Part shown: piece by piece, positions 42,271-51,146 of the stretch
Layout of the letters: each line of letters starts with the position of its first letter
Position numbering within the stretch: position 1 is the stretch's first letter
Source of the DNA: Clostridia bacterium
GTDB taxonomy: Bacteria; Bacillota; Clostridia; Christensenellales; Aristaeellaceae
DNA length: 58,519 bases
Assembly (NCBI GenBank): GCA_030537395.1
Contig: JAUNMW010000001.1
Location: 1-58,519, forward strand
Reading direction: 5' to 3'
Notes under the pieces: model-generated
Databases searched by the model: none
Told to the model about the DNA's origin: nothing
What the model saw: the letters and a program-made list of their open reading frames with translations, nothing else
Program-made: the position numbers and the translations under genes

Positions 42271-44046
42271 ATGGGTACCATGGTTAAACGTGCGCTTTCC
42301 TTATTATTTGTGCTTTTGCTGTTTCTTCCCTTCGGCGCCCTGGCGCAGGAACTGGGCTTTACTGTTGTGCCTGCGTCCATGCGGCCCGGCAAGGTGGAAA
42401 GAATCAGCTTTTCTTCGCCTGTGGGCGGCCAGGGCAGGCTGGAGCTGCTTTCTTTTTCCGGCGAATTGCGCTGCGTGCTGCGGGAAAGCTTTGCCGTGGC
42501 TGAGGGCGTGAACCATTTGACCTGGGACGGCCTGGATGAAGCGGGCGATCCGGTGGCGGCGGGGGAATATACCCTGTGCGTGACGGTGGACGGCACCAGC
42601 GCCGAACAAGCGCTTTCCGTGGGGGAGCCCAGCCCTCAGATCCTGAAGTTGTCCGCGCCGGACACTATGATTGGCGGAGAATGGGTCTTTACCGTTACGG
42701 TGAATCAGCTCGGTATGCTGAATGTGCGAATGAAGGCGGAAGGGGCGGCTGAATGGAATTTTGTGCTGTCCGAAATGGTTCCCGGCGGGGAGAGCGAGCT
42801 TGTCTGGAACGGCTTGATGAACGGCGTGTCCGCGGCTGCGGGAAGGTATGCCGTCCAGTTCAGCCTGACCGATGATTCCGGTTTTTCCGGCACCGCGCAG
42901 CAGATTTCTCTGACCATTGACGGCGACGCAGCGGAAGCTCAACGGGAGACCGAATCGGAGGCGGAACCAGAAATTCCGGAGGAAACCAGGGTGATGATCC
43001 CCAGCGCCGTGACTACCCGGGATCAGGAATTCAATTATTGGACGCTGCCCATCGGCGATTTCAATGAAGAAGCCATTTGGGAAGTGATGATGCAGCCCCT
43101 GACGGTGATCGTGGAAAACGGCAAATCGCAAAAGGACGTATACCGCCTGCGCGCCACACCGGACGCAACCGTCAGCAAGGAAAACGTGGTGGGGGAGATC
43201 ACCTACGAATCCCAGGGCGTGCACATCCTGGAAACGCTGGATAACGGCTGGACCCTGGTGGAAGTTTACAATTCCTCCTACGGCCCGGACTGCGCCAGCC
43301 GCCGGGGCTACGGCGTCACGGACGATCTGATCCGGGGCTATGTGAAAACCTCCCTGCTCAAAACCATCACGCCCCGCACGGATTACGGCCTTTTGATCGA
43401 TAAGCTGGCGCAGAAAATGTATATTTTCTCCGAAGGAAAATGCATCGGTGAATTGCTGGTGTCCACGGGACTGAACAATTCCAAGCAGTCCTGGAACGAG
43501 ACCCCTTCCGGAGAATTTGTGATGATCAGCCGCATGGGCGGCTTTGCCGCGGGCAATCTGTGGTGCGCCTACGGCATGCGCGTCAACGGCGGCTGCGCCA
43601 TTCATGAGGTACCCTATATCGGCAATGCCGATACCCCCGCGGCGAACCGGGATTATTCCTCCACCGTGAAGCAGCTGGGCCAAAAGGCCAGCCACGGCTG
43701 CATCCGGGTGCAGAAGGCCGCCAACGAACAGGGGCAGAATATCAAGTGGCTGTGGGACAATATCAAGGTGAACACCAAGGTGCTCATTTGGGACGATACG
43801 GGCCGCAAGCGCCCCTATCCTGTGGCTGACGATTACGAATTGTATTACAATCCCGAGGGCGGCAAGTATTTCCATGAGGATCAGAACTGCCCCAGCGTAA
43901 AATCCCGATTCCTGCCCATGAGCCCCTTTACCTATGGCGAACTGGATTCCGACGGCTTCGCCAAGCTGACACCCTGCCCCAAATGTACTGCGTCCACACT
44001 TTTGCGCAAATCCAAAATCGACGCGATGAACGCGCTGGAAAACTGA
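42271..44046 (+). CDS. L,D-transpeptidase (YkuD domain) with FlgD-Ig-like domains
   Basis: It has a signal peptide. It carries NHLTWDGLDEAGDPVAAGEYT and ELVWNGLMNGVSAAAGRYA. The catalytic motif is ASHGCIRV. Confidence 0.9.
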   Translation: MGTMVKRALSLLFVLLLFLPFGALAQELGFTVVPASMRPGKVERISFSSPVGGQGRLELLSFSGELRCVLRESFAVAEGVNHLTWDGLDEAGDPVAAGEYTLCVTVDGTSAEQALSVGEPSPQILKLSAPDTMIGGEWVFTVTVNQLGMLNVRMKAEGAAEWNFVLSEMVPGGESELVWNGLMNGVSAAAGRYAVQFSLTDDSGFSGTAQQISLTIDGDAAEAQRETESEAEPEIPEETRVMIPSAVTTRDQEFNYWTLPIGDFNEEAIWEVMMQPLTVIVENGKSQKDVYRLRATPDATVSKENVVGEITYESQGVHILETLDNGWTLVEVYNSSYGPDCASRRGYGVTDDLIRGYVKTSLLKTITPRTDYGLLIDKLAQKMYIFSEGKCIGELLVSTGLNNSKQSWNETPSGEFVMISRMGGFAAGNLWCAYGMRVNGGCAIHEVPYIGNADTPAANRDYSSTVKQLGQKASHGCIRVQKAANEQGQNIKWLWDNIKVNTKVLIWDDTGRKRPYPVADDYELYYNPEGGKYFHEDQNCPSVKSRFLPMSPFTYGELDSDGFAKLTPCPKCTASTLLRKSKIDAMNALEN

Positions 44047-44063
44047 TCGGTTTTGTTCTTTTC

Positions 44064-44094
44064 GCCCGATCTTATGCGATCGGGCCTTTTATTT
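44064..44094 (+). terminator. Rho-independent terminator
   Basis: GCCCGATC (44064-44071) pairs with GATCGGGC (44078-44085), followed by CTTTTATTT. Confidence 0.75.
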
Positions 44095-44306
44095 GTGATG
44101 ATTACGGGATAAAATTTTCCGTATTCTACATGAAAAGAATGATTTTTGTGAAAAGTAAGTTATTTCTAACGATGAAACCGCTATAATAAGCAGAGAGTAT
44201 TTTATGCGTTTTGTATAAATTTTCTTCAAAATACTTGCGTTTTTCGCGCAATAATGATATGATAATCAGGACGTGATTACACGATCATATTTGGAGGTGC
44301 AAATTA

Positions 44307-44477
44307 ATGGCTTATAAAATTTCTGATGCTTGCATCATGTGTGGCGCTTGCGCGGCGGAATGCCCCCAGGAAGCAATTTCTGAAGGCGACGGCAAGTATG
44401 AAATCGATCCTGAAAAGTGCATCGAATGCGGCGTTTGCGCCGAAACCTGCCCCGTAGGAGCTCCCGCTCAGGAATAA
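44307..44477 (+). CDS. Clostridial-type 2x[4Fe-4S] ferredoxin (56 aa; absent from the ORF track)
   Basis: The translation is MAYKISDACIMCGACAAECPQEAISEGDGKYEIDPEKCIECGVCAETCPVGAPAQE. It contains two CxxCxxCxxxCP motifs. The SD GGAGG lies 9 nt upstream. Confidence 0.9.
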   Translation: MAYKISDACIMCGACAAECPQEAISEGDGKYEIDPEKCIECGVCAETCPVGAPAQE

Positions 44478-44489
44478 TCCGAAGCAGAG

Positions 44490-44519
44490 AAAGCCGTCGG
44501 CTCGTCCGGCGGTTTTTTT
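44490..44519 (+). terminator. Rho-independent terminator
   Basis: AAAGCCGTCGG pairs with CCGGCGGTTT (including G-U pairs) and is followed by T7. Confidence 0.8.
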
Positions 44520-44617
44520 CATTTATTCTGTTTGCCGTGTGACATATTCGGCGCAGGACGGAAGGAAGCGGAATCGCTTAAAAATCGTCTATTTTTCGTA
44601 CCTTTTATGTTCCTTGC

Positions 44618-44646
44618 TTGTTTCCGTTGACTGAATATGGTATACT
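44618..44646 (+). promoter_or_regulatory. Sigma-70-like promoter with extended -10
   Basis: TTGTTT (44618-44623), a 17-nt spacer, then TGgTATACT (-10 at 44641-44646). It overlaps the ATG (44637) used by the ORF track. Confidence 0.5.
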
Positions 44647-44672
44647 GTGAGTGCGGAAAGGGGGGCAGCGCT

Positions 44673-45947
44673 TTGCGTGAAAAGCGATGGTTCAAGCTGG
44701 ATAACGCAGGAAAGCTGTATCCCGCGGTATCCACGGCCCGATGGAGCAGCACTTTCCGTATTTCGGCGGAGCTGTATGAGCCCATTGATCCCGCCCGGCT
44801 GCAAAAGGCGGCGGACAGCGTGCTGCCCCGTTTTCCTTCTTTGAAGGCGCGCCTTCGGGCCGGTATTTTCTGGTACTACCTGGAGGAGATCAAGGAGCCG
44901 CTTACCGTCCGGCAGGACAGCGGGCATCCCTGTATGCCGTTTCGCTTCAAGGAGGATCACGGCTATCTTTTGCGGGTATTCTATTACCGGAACCGGATCT
45001 CGGCGGAATTCTTCCATTCCCTGACAGACGGGTCCGGGGGCCTGATTTTCATCAAAACCCTGACGGCGGAATATTTGCGCATCGGCGGAAAACGGGTGGC
45101 CTGCGACAACGGGGCCCTGAACCCCTGGGAAAGCCCGAAAAAGGAAGAAACGCGGGATATGTTTCTGGATATGCCGCTGCCCAAGGTGCGCGTTTCCCGA
45201 AAGGAAGAAAAGGCCTACCACTTTCCGGCTACGGCGGAAATTCCCCACACGCTGCACATTACGGCGGCATCCATGCCCGCGTCCCAAGTGCTGCAAAGGG
45301 CCCGAGAAACGGGCGTTTCCGTGACAGAGTACCTTTCCGGCGCCATTCTGTGGGCGGCTTACCGGGAACAGGAAAGGCAGGGAAAGAAAAAGAAGCTGCC
45401 CGTGCGCGTATCCGTGCCGGTAAATATGCGCTCTTTTTATCCTTCCGCCACACTTCGCAATTTCTCCACCTTCGTGAATCCCGGCATTGATCCGCGGCTG
45501 GGGGAATACACCTTCCCGGAAATCGCCCGGGAGGTGCACGCCTATATGCAGTACGCCGTGAATCCCAAGCTGCTTTCCGCCGTCATCGCCACCAACGTGG
45601 CGGACGAAAAGAACCTGTTCATTCGCCTGGTGCCGCTGCTGATCAAAAATCTGGTGATCGGCGGGGTGTTCCGTCAGGCGGGTGACAAGCTGGTTACCTC
45701 CACGCTGACCAATCTGGGCAAAACATCCGTGCCCACCGGCGCGGAAAGGCTGATCAAGCGGTTTGAGTTTCAGCTGGGCTCGCCCGCCAGTCCCACATGC
45801 AACTGCGCTTCCATCACCACTGGCGATGATCTGCGGCTGGTGTTTTCCAGCAATATCCGGGAAACCGACCTGCCCCGGGAGGTGCTTCGGTTCCTGGTGG
45901 AGCAGGGGATCCCGGTGACGGTAGAAAGCAATTGGGAGGACGATTGA
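44673..45947 (+). CDS. HxxxD-motif acyltransferase (alcohol acetyltransferase / condensation-domain-like)
   Basis: I chose the TTG start at 44673 because AAGGGGGG lies 7 nt upstream and the track ATG sits inside the promoter. The protein begins (L)REKRWFKLDNAGKLYP. The catalytic-type motif is FHSLTDGSGG. The family name is from memory. Confidence 0.75.
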   Translation: MREKRWFKLDNAGKLYPAVSTARWSSTFRISAELYEPIDPARLQKAADSVLPRFPSLKARLRAGIFWYYLEEIKEPLTVRQDSGHPCMPFRFKEDHGYLLRVFYYRNRISAEFFHSLTDGSGGLIFIKTLTAEYLRIGGKRVACDNGALNPWESPKKEETRDMFLDMPLPKVRVSRKEEKAYHFPATAEIPHTLHITAASMPASQVLQRARETGVSVTEYLSGAILWAAYREQERQGKKKKLPVRVSVPVNMRSFYPSATLRNFSTFVNPGIDPRLGEYTFPEIAREVHAYMQYAVNPKLLSAVIATNVADEKNLFIRLVPLLIKNLVIGGVFRQAGDKLVTSTLTNLGKTSVPTGAERLIKRFEFQLGSPASPTCNCASITTGDDLRLVFSSNIRETDLPREVLRFLVEQGIPVTVESNWEDD

Positions 45948-45949
45948 TC

Positions 45950-46654
45950 ATGGCTTACTGCGTACACTGCGGCGTGAAGCTTGGGGACGGCAAAAAGCGC
46001 TGCCCGCTGTGCCAAACGCCGGTTTACGATCCCGCGGAGCCCCGGCGGGAAGCGGCGGCCCCCTATCCCGTGAGGATGCCGGAGCAGGAACTGAAGAAAA
46101 GCAAGCGTTTCCTGCTCATGCTGTCGGCGCTGATGCTGCTGATGCCTGCCCTCCTGTGCTTCATCATCGATTTTTTGATTTCGGGGGCCGTCACCTGGAG
46201 CGGATACGCATCCGGCGCGCTGGTGATGCTTTTTACCTCGGTGGCGGTGCCGCTGCAGGCGAATAAGCATCAGGTATATTTCGCCATTGCCTCCTCGTTC
46301 GTCTGCCTGAACGGGTATCTGATGCTGGTGGAGCATTTAAGCGCTTCGGGACCCTGGTTTTTTCCCATTGCCCTGCCGGCCCTGACCCTGGCGGCGGTGC
46401 TGATCTTTTTCATCACCAAGCTGTACCGGGATGGGTGGCTGAACAAGCTTACCATTTTGGCGGCGTTTTTGGCGGCCATTCCGGCGGAATGCCTGTTCAT
46501 CGAATGGCTGTGCAATCTATCCTGGGGCAAGGGCCCCACGTTTATCTGGTCGCCCTTTGTGCTGGCGCCGTGCATGTTTCTTTCGCTGGCCCTGTTCTTT
46601 ATCAATGGGAACCGGGCCGTGCGGGAGGAAGTGCGGCGCAGAGTGCATTTTTAA
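45950..46654 (+). CDS. Zinc-ribbon membrane protein
   Basis: It starts 3 nt after the upstream stop, with SD GGGAGGA. The N-terminus carries CVHCG...CPLC, followed by about 5 TM helices. Confidence 0.8.
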   Translation: MAYCVHCGVKLGDGKKRCPLCQTPVYDPAEPRREAAAPYPVRMPEQELKKSKRFLLMLSALMLLMPALLCFIIDFLISGAVTWSGYASGALVMLFTSVAVPLQANKHQVYFAIASSFVCLNGYLMLVEHLSASGPWFFPIALPALTLAAVLIFFITKLYRDGWLNKLTILAAFLAAIPAECLFIEWLCNLSWGKGPTFIWSPFVLAPCMFLSLALFFINGNRAVREEVRRRVHF

Positions 46655-46714
46655 ATAAACTGTTTCCCACTTTTCTCTTTTTTCATAGGATGGTATCAAG
46701 AAAGGATGTGCAGC

Positions 46715-47806
46715 ATGGAAAAGTATCGCGTAGGAATCATCGGAGCCACCGGCATGGTAGGCCAGCGTTTTGTGAGCCTGCTGGAAAATCACCCCTGGTT
46801 TGAAATCACCGTCCTGGCCGCCAGCGGCCGCAGCGCCGGAAAGCCCTACCGGGAAGCGGTGGAGGGCCGCTGGGCTTTTTCCTGGCCCGTTCCCGAAAAG
46901 GCGGCGGATATGGTGGTCATGGACGCGGCGGACGTAAAGGCCGTTTCCGAAAAATGCGATTTTGTTTTTTGCGCCACAGCCATGGATAAGAAAGCCACCC
47001 GGGAGCTGGAGGAAAGCTATGCCAAAGCGGAAACGCCGGTGGTTAGCAACAACAGCGCCTGCCGTTTGCTGCCCGACGTGCCTATGCTGATTCCCGAAAT
47101 CAACGCGGGCCACGCTCCCATCATTTTCGCCCAGCGCAAGCGCCTGGGCACCAAGCACGGCTTCATCGCCGTAAAGCCCAACTGTTCCATTCAAAGCTAT
47201 GTGCCTGCCCTGACCCCCCTGCGGGATTTCGGGCTGAAGGCCGTATCGGTATGCACGTACCAGGCCATTTCAGGCGCGGGCAAAACCTTTGAGCGCTGGC
47301 CGGAGATTCTGGACAACGTGATCCCCTACATCGGCGGCGAGGAAGAAAAGAGCGAACAGGAGCCCCTGAAAATTTGGGGCGAGCTTTCCGCCGACGGCAG
47401 CGCCATCGAGCTTGCGAAAACCCCCGTCATCAGCGCCCAGTGCCTGCGGGTGCCGGTAGCGGACGGTCATATGGCGGCGGTAAGCGTATCCTTTGAGAGA
47501 AAGCCTTCCATGGAGGCGATCTTTGAACGATGGAAGAATTACCACACCCTGGCCCAGCAATTGGCCCTGCCCAGCGCGCCGACCCCCTTCATCCGCTATA
47601 TGGAGGAGCCGGACCGGCCCCAGACCCGCCTGGATCGGGATTTTGAGCGGGGTATGGGCATTTCCGTGGGCCGTCTGCGGGAGGACAGCATTTTCGATTA
47701 CAAGTTCGTGTGCTTATCCCATAACACGCTCCGCGGCGCTGCCGGCGGCGGCGTATTGTCTGCTGAATTGCTCTGTGCCCAGGGCTATATCCAGCGAAAG
47801 GAGTAA
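46715..47806 (+). CDS. asd: Aspartate-semialdehyde dehydrogenase
   Basis: It carries VGIIGATGMVGQRF, an active-site Cys in KPNCSIQ, and QAISGAG. Confidence 0.9.
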   Translation: MEKYRVGIIGATGMVGQRFVSLLENHPWFEITVLAASGRSAGKPYREAVEGRWAFSWPVPEKAADMVVMDAADVKAVSEKCDFVFCATAMDKKATRELEESYAKAETPVVSNNSACRLLPDVPMLIPEINAGHAPIIFAQRKRLGTKHGFIAVKPNCSIQSYVPALTPLRDFGLKAVSVCTYQAISGAGKTFERWPEILDNVIPYIGGEEEKSEQEPLKIWGELSADGSAIELAKTPVISAQCLRVPVADGHMAAVSVSFERKPSMEAIFERWKNYHTLAQQLALPSAPTPFIRYMEEPDRPQTRLDRDFERGMGISVGRLREDSIFDYKFVCLSHNTLRGAAGGGVLSAELLCAQGYIQRKE

Positions 47807-47809
47807 ACT

Positions 47810-48685
47810 ATGCCCCAAGCCTTGTTTACAGGCTGCGCGTCCGCGCTGATCACCCCCTTTAAAAATGGAGCGGTGGATTACCCTGCTTTGGAAAATATTT
47901 TGGAATTCCAGCTGAAAAACGGCATCGACGGCATCGTGGCCTGCGGCACCACCGGCGAACCTTCCGCCATGACGGGGGAGGAATGGGAAAGCGTGCTGTC
48001 CTTTGTGATCCAAAACGTGCATGGCCGGGTGCCCGTCATTGCCGGAACCGGCGGCAACTGCACCATGGACGTGATCCATAAGGCCCGGCGGGCCAAAGAA
48101 CTGGGCGCGGACGCTCAGCTTTGCGTGACCCCCTATTACAACAAAACCACCCAGGCCGGGCTGATTGCCCATTACACCGCCATTGCCCGGGACGGGGCCC
48201 TGCCTGTGATCCTGTACAACGTGCCCTCCCGCACGGGGCTGAACATGCAGCCCAAAACGCTGGAGATTCTGAGCCGGGAGCAAAACATCATCGGCATGAA
48301 GGAAGCCTCCGGCAATATGCTGCAGATCATGGAGATGATCCGGCTCTGCGGGGATGACATCGCGTTTTATTCCGGCTCCGATGAATTGACCGCGCCCATG
48401 CGGGCTGTGGGAGGGCTGGGCACCATTTCGGTGCTGGCCAATATCGCCCCCGCCCTCATGCGGGATATGACTCATCTGCCGGTGACGGAAGCGGCGAAGC
48501 TGAACCTTGAATACCTGCCGCTGATCAACGCTTTGTTCAGCGAAGTGAACCCCATTCCGGTGAAGGCTGCCGCGGCAATGATGGGAATGTGCGAAAACGA
48601 AGTGCGGCTTCCCTTGGTGCCCCTTTCCGCCGAAAACGAACAAAAGCTGAAAACAGAAATGCAGAAGGCAGGTTTGATATGCTGA
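47810..48685 (+). CDS. dapA: 4-hydroxy-tetrahydrodipicolinate synthase
   Basis: It carries ACGTTGEPSAMT and the Schiff-base Lys context IIGMKEASG. Confidence 0.95.
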   Translation: MPQALFTGCASALITPFKNGAVDYPALENILEFQLKNGIDGIVACGTTGEPSAMTGEEWESVLSFVIQNVHGRVPVIAGTGGNCTMDVIHKARRAKELGADAQLCVTPYYNKTTQAGLIAHYTAIARDGALPVILYNVPSRTGLNMQPKTLEILSREQNIIGMKEASGNMLQIMEMIRLCGDDIAFYSGSDELTAPMRAVGGLGTISVLANIAPALMRDMTHLPVTEAAKLNLEYLPLINALFSEVNPIPVKAAAAMMGMCENEVRLPLVPLSAENEQKLKTEMQKAGLIC

Positions 48686-49434
48686 AGATTCTTTTGTCCG
48701 GCGCCTGCGGCCGTATGGGCCATCAGGTGGCTGCCCTGGCCGAGGAGGAAGACGCGGCCATTATTGCCGGCGTGGACGTACGGGCCGAAGCCTGGGATCA
48801 GTTTCCCGTGTATCCGTCCTTTTCCCTGGTGTGGGAGGAAGCCCAGGTGATCGTGGATTTTTCCCGCCCCGAGGGGCTTCCCGCTTTGCTTTCCTATGCC
48901 ACGGAACACCATTTGCCGGTGGTGCTGGCGGCGACGGGCTACAATGAACAGGATCTGGCGGCCATTGGAAAAGCGGCGGAGATAATCCCCATTTTCCGCA
49001 GCGCCAATCTGAGTCTGGGCGTGTATGTGCTCAAAACCCTGGCTCGCCAGGCTGCACAGCTGCTGCCGGATTTCGATATTGAAATCATCGAGCGGCACCA
49101 CAACCAAAAAATCGACGCGCCCAGCGGAACAGCCCTTATGCTGTACGATGCGGTGAGCGGCCCTGATTCCCAGCCCGTCTTTGGCCGGAACGGCCGGACC
49201 CAGAAGCGGGAAAAGAAGGAAATCGGATTGCATGCCATCCGGGGCGGCACGGTGCCCGGCGAGCATGAAGTGGGGTTCTACGGCCCCTCCGAGGTAGTAT
49301 CACTTTCTCATTCCGCCCAGGACCGATCCATTTTTGCCCGGGGTGCGCTGCGGGCCGCCCGCTTTATTGCCGGGCAGACACCGGGGGAATATGATATGGA
49401 TGCGCTGGCGCAGGATATGATCCGGAAAAAATAA
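48679..49434 (+). CDS. dapB: 4-hydroxy-tetrahydrodipicolinate reductase
   Basis: The start is MLKILLSGACGRMG. The signature is ERHHNQKIDAPSGTA. It overlaps dapA by 7 nt. Confidence 0.9.
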   Translation: MLKILLSGACGRMGHQVAALAEEEDAAIIAGVDVRAEAWDQFPVYPSFSLVWEEAQVIVDFSRPEGLPALLSYATEHHLPVVLAATGYNEQDLAAIGKAAEIIPIFRSANLSLGVYVLKTLARQAAQLLPDFDIEIIERHHNQKIDAPSGTALMLYDAVSGPDSQPVFGRNGRTQKREKKEIGLHAIRGGTVPGEHEVGFYGPSEVVSLSHSAQDRSIFARGALRAARFIAGQTPGEYDMDALAQDMIRKK

Positions 49435-49474
49435 GCGAAATATCATAACGAGCAGCTTGACGGCTGCATATCAG

Positions 49475-49515
49475 GCACGGCCGGGACGGGAAACTTTCAT
49501 TCCAGCCGTGCTTTT
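49475..49515 (+). terminator. Rho-independent terminator after dapB
   Basis: GCACGGCCGG (49475-49484) pairs with CCAGCCGTGC (49502-49511), followed by TTTT. Confidence 0.7.
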
Positions 49516-49582
49516 GAATTGGCAAAATATTTCTTTATCTATACATTTTTGAAAATATATTGTAACATTTTTAAGTAAATGA

Positions 49583-49612
49583 TTGACAATGTTGAAATGA
49601 TATCGTTATAAT
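49583..49612 (+). promoter_or_regulatory. Consensus sigma-70 promoter
   Basis: TTGACA (49583-49588), an 18-nt spacer, then TATAAT (49607-49612). A 7-bp inverted repeat, ATGATAT/ATATCAT (49597-49617), brackets the -10. Confidence 0.65.
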
Positions 49613-49656
49613 ATCATTGGGCTGGAATGCCTATTACGAAAAACGGTGAGGAAAAA

Positions 49657-51054
49657 ATGAACACAGACATTTTGATCGTGGGCGCGGGACCGGCGGGTAT
49701 TTTTACCGCGCTGGAAATGCTGCGCAAGGGGAGCCGGAAAAAGATTACCATCCTGGAAAAAGGCGCGGCCATTGAAAAGCGGCACTGCCCCAAGGTGAAA
49801 ACCGGGAAGTGCATGAACTGCAAGCCCTATTGCCATATCACCACGGGGTTTTCGGGGGCCGGCGCTTTTTCCGATGGCAAGCTTTCCCTGTCCTATGAGG
49901 TGGGAGGACAGCTGCCGGAATTGATCGGAGAAAACTACGCGCAGGAAATGATTAACTATACCGATCAGATTTACCTGGATTTCGGGGCGGATACCCACGT
50001 GGAGGGCATCGGCCAAAGCGAGGAAATCAAGAAAATCCGGCTGCGTGCCATCCGGGCCGGGCTGAAGCTGGTGGATTGCCCCATCCGGCATTTGGGTACG
50101 GAAAAAGCCCAGATCCTGTACCGGGATATCGAGAATTATTTGATGGCGCAGGGTGTGGAGATCCTGTTTGGCTACAACTGCGTGAACCTCCTGCTGGAGG
50201 GCTTCAAGTGCGTGGGCGTGGCAGCGGAAAAGAACGGGGTGCAGGAAGAAATTCGGGCCTCCCATACCGTGGTAGCCACGGGACGCCGGGGCGCGGACTG
50301 GCTGGAGAAGCTGTGCGAGGAGCACGGCATTGCCCATCAGCCGGGTACGGTGGATATTGGCGTGCGTGTGGAAGTGCGCAACGAGGTCATGGAAACGGTG
50401 AACCGGGTGCTGTACGAAAGCAAGCTGGTGGGGTACCCCCGGCCTTTCAAGGACAAGGTGCGCACCTTCTGCCAGAATCCCGGCGGCTTCGTGAGTCAGG
50501 AAAACTACGATAACGACCTGGCGGTGGTGAACGGCCATTCCTATAAGGAACTGAAAACGGAGAATACCAATTTGGCCATTCTCTGTTCCCATAATTTTAC
50601 GGAGCCCTTCAATCAGCCCATCGCCTATGCCCAAAAGGTGGGAGAACTGACCAATATGCTGGGCAGCGGCCGCATCCTGGTGCAGCGCTTCGGAGATATT
50701 TTGGATGGGAAGCGCACCTGGCAGAAGGAGCTGAGCCGGGCCAACGTGCGGCCCACGCTGCCGGACGCGGTGGCAGGGGATATCACCGCCGCCATGCCCT
50801 ACCGGGCCATGACCAATATCATTCATTTCATGCAGGCCATGGATGAAGTGGTGCCGGGCTTCGCGGGAGCTGAAACGCTGCTGTATTCTCCGGAATTGAA
50901 ATTCTATTCCAACCGCATCAAAATGAACCAGGCCCTGCAAACCAACATTGAGGGGCTTCATTGCCTGGGCGATTCCAGCGGCTGGACCAGGGGCCTGATG
51001 ATGGCCTCCGTTATGGGCGTGATCATGGGGCAGCAGCTGGCAAAAGAAGGCTGA
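49657..51054 (+). CDS. FAD-dependent oxidoreductase (uncharacterised NAD(FAD)-dehydrogenase type)
   Basis: The start is MNTDILIVGAGPAGIF (a Rossmann GxGxxG), with SD GGTGAGGA. The substrate is not assignable. Confidence 0.8.
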   Translation: MNTDILIVGAGPAGIFTALEMLRKGSRKKITILEKGAAIEKRHCPKVKTGKCMNCKPYCHITTGFSGAGAFSDGKLSLSYEVGGQLPELIGENYAQEMINYTDQIYLDFGADTHVEGIGQSEEIKKIRLRAIRAGLKLVDCPIRHLGTEKAQILYRDIENYLMAQGVEILFGYNCVNLLLEGFKCVGVAAEKNGVQEEIRASHTVVATGRRGADWLEKLCEEHGIAHQPGTVDIGVRVEVRNEVMETVNRVLYESKLVGYPRPFKDKVRTFCQNPGGFVSQENYDNDLAVVNGHSYKELKTENTNLAILCSHNFTEPFNQPIAYAQKVGELTNMLGSGRILVQRFGDILDGKRTWQKELSRANVRPTLPDAVAGDITAAMPYRAMTNIIHFMQAMDEVVPGFAGAETLLYSPELKFYSNRIKMNQALQTNIEGLHCLGDSSGWTRGLMMASVMGVIMGQQLAKEG

Positions 51055-51072
51055 TTTTCCAAATAATCAGTA

Positions 51073-51101
51073 TTGATTTTGTGACCGTGAATACTTACAA
51101 T
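51073..51101 (+). promoter_or_regulatory. Sigma-70-like promoter
   Basis: TTGATT (51073-51078), a 17-nt spacer, then TACAAT (51096-51101). Confidence 0.5.
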
Positions 51102-51146
51102 CACCTTAGAAAACGAAAACCAAACATCAGTACAGAGGTGAAAAAG

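Noticed and set aside
46655-46714. A lysine (L-box) riboswitch might be expected upstream of asd-dapA-dapB.
   Set aside because: Only about 60 nt separate the upstream stop from the asd ATG. That is far too short for an L-box of about 180 nt, and no terminator/antiterminator pair is visible.
10661-50961. Many other long antisense ORFs: 10661..11779, 13442..14386, 16034..17242, 29053..30381, 31905..33581, 34733..35992, 36600..37628, 38806..40215, 42304..43875, 44589..45539, 47714..48643, 49606..50961.
   Set aside because: Each lies in the reverse-complement codon register of a gene with recognisable motifs; the offsets I computed are all multiples of 3. This is the expected artefact of GC-rich third positions and not evidence of overlapping genes. 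Ribo-seq would be needed to argue otherwise.
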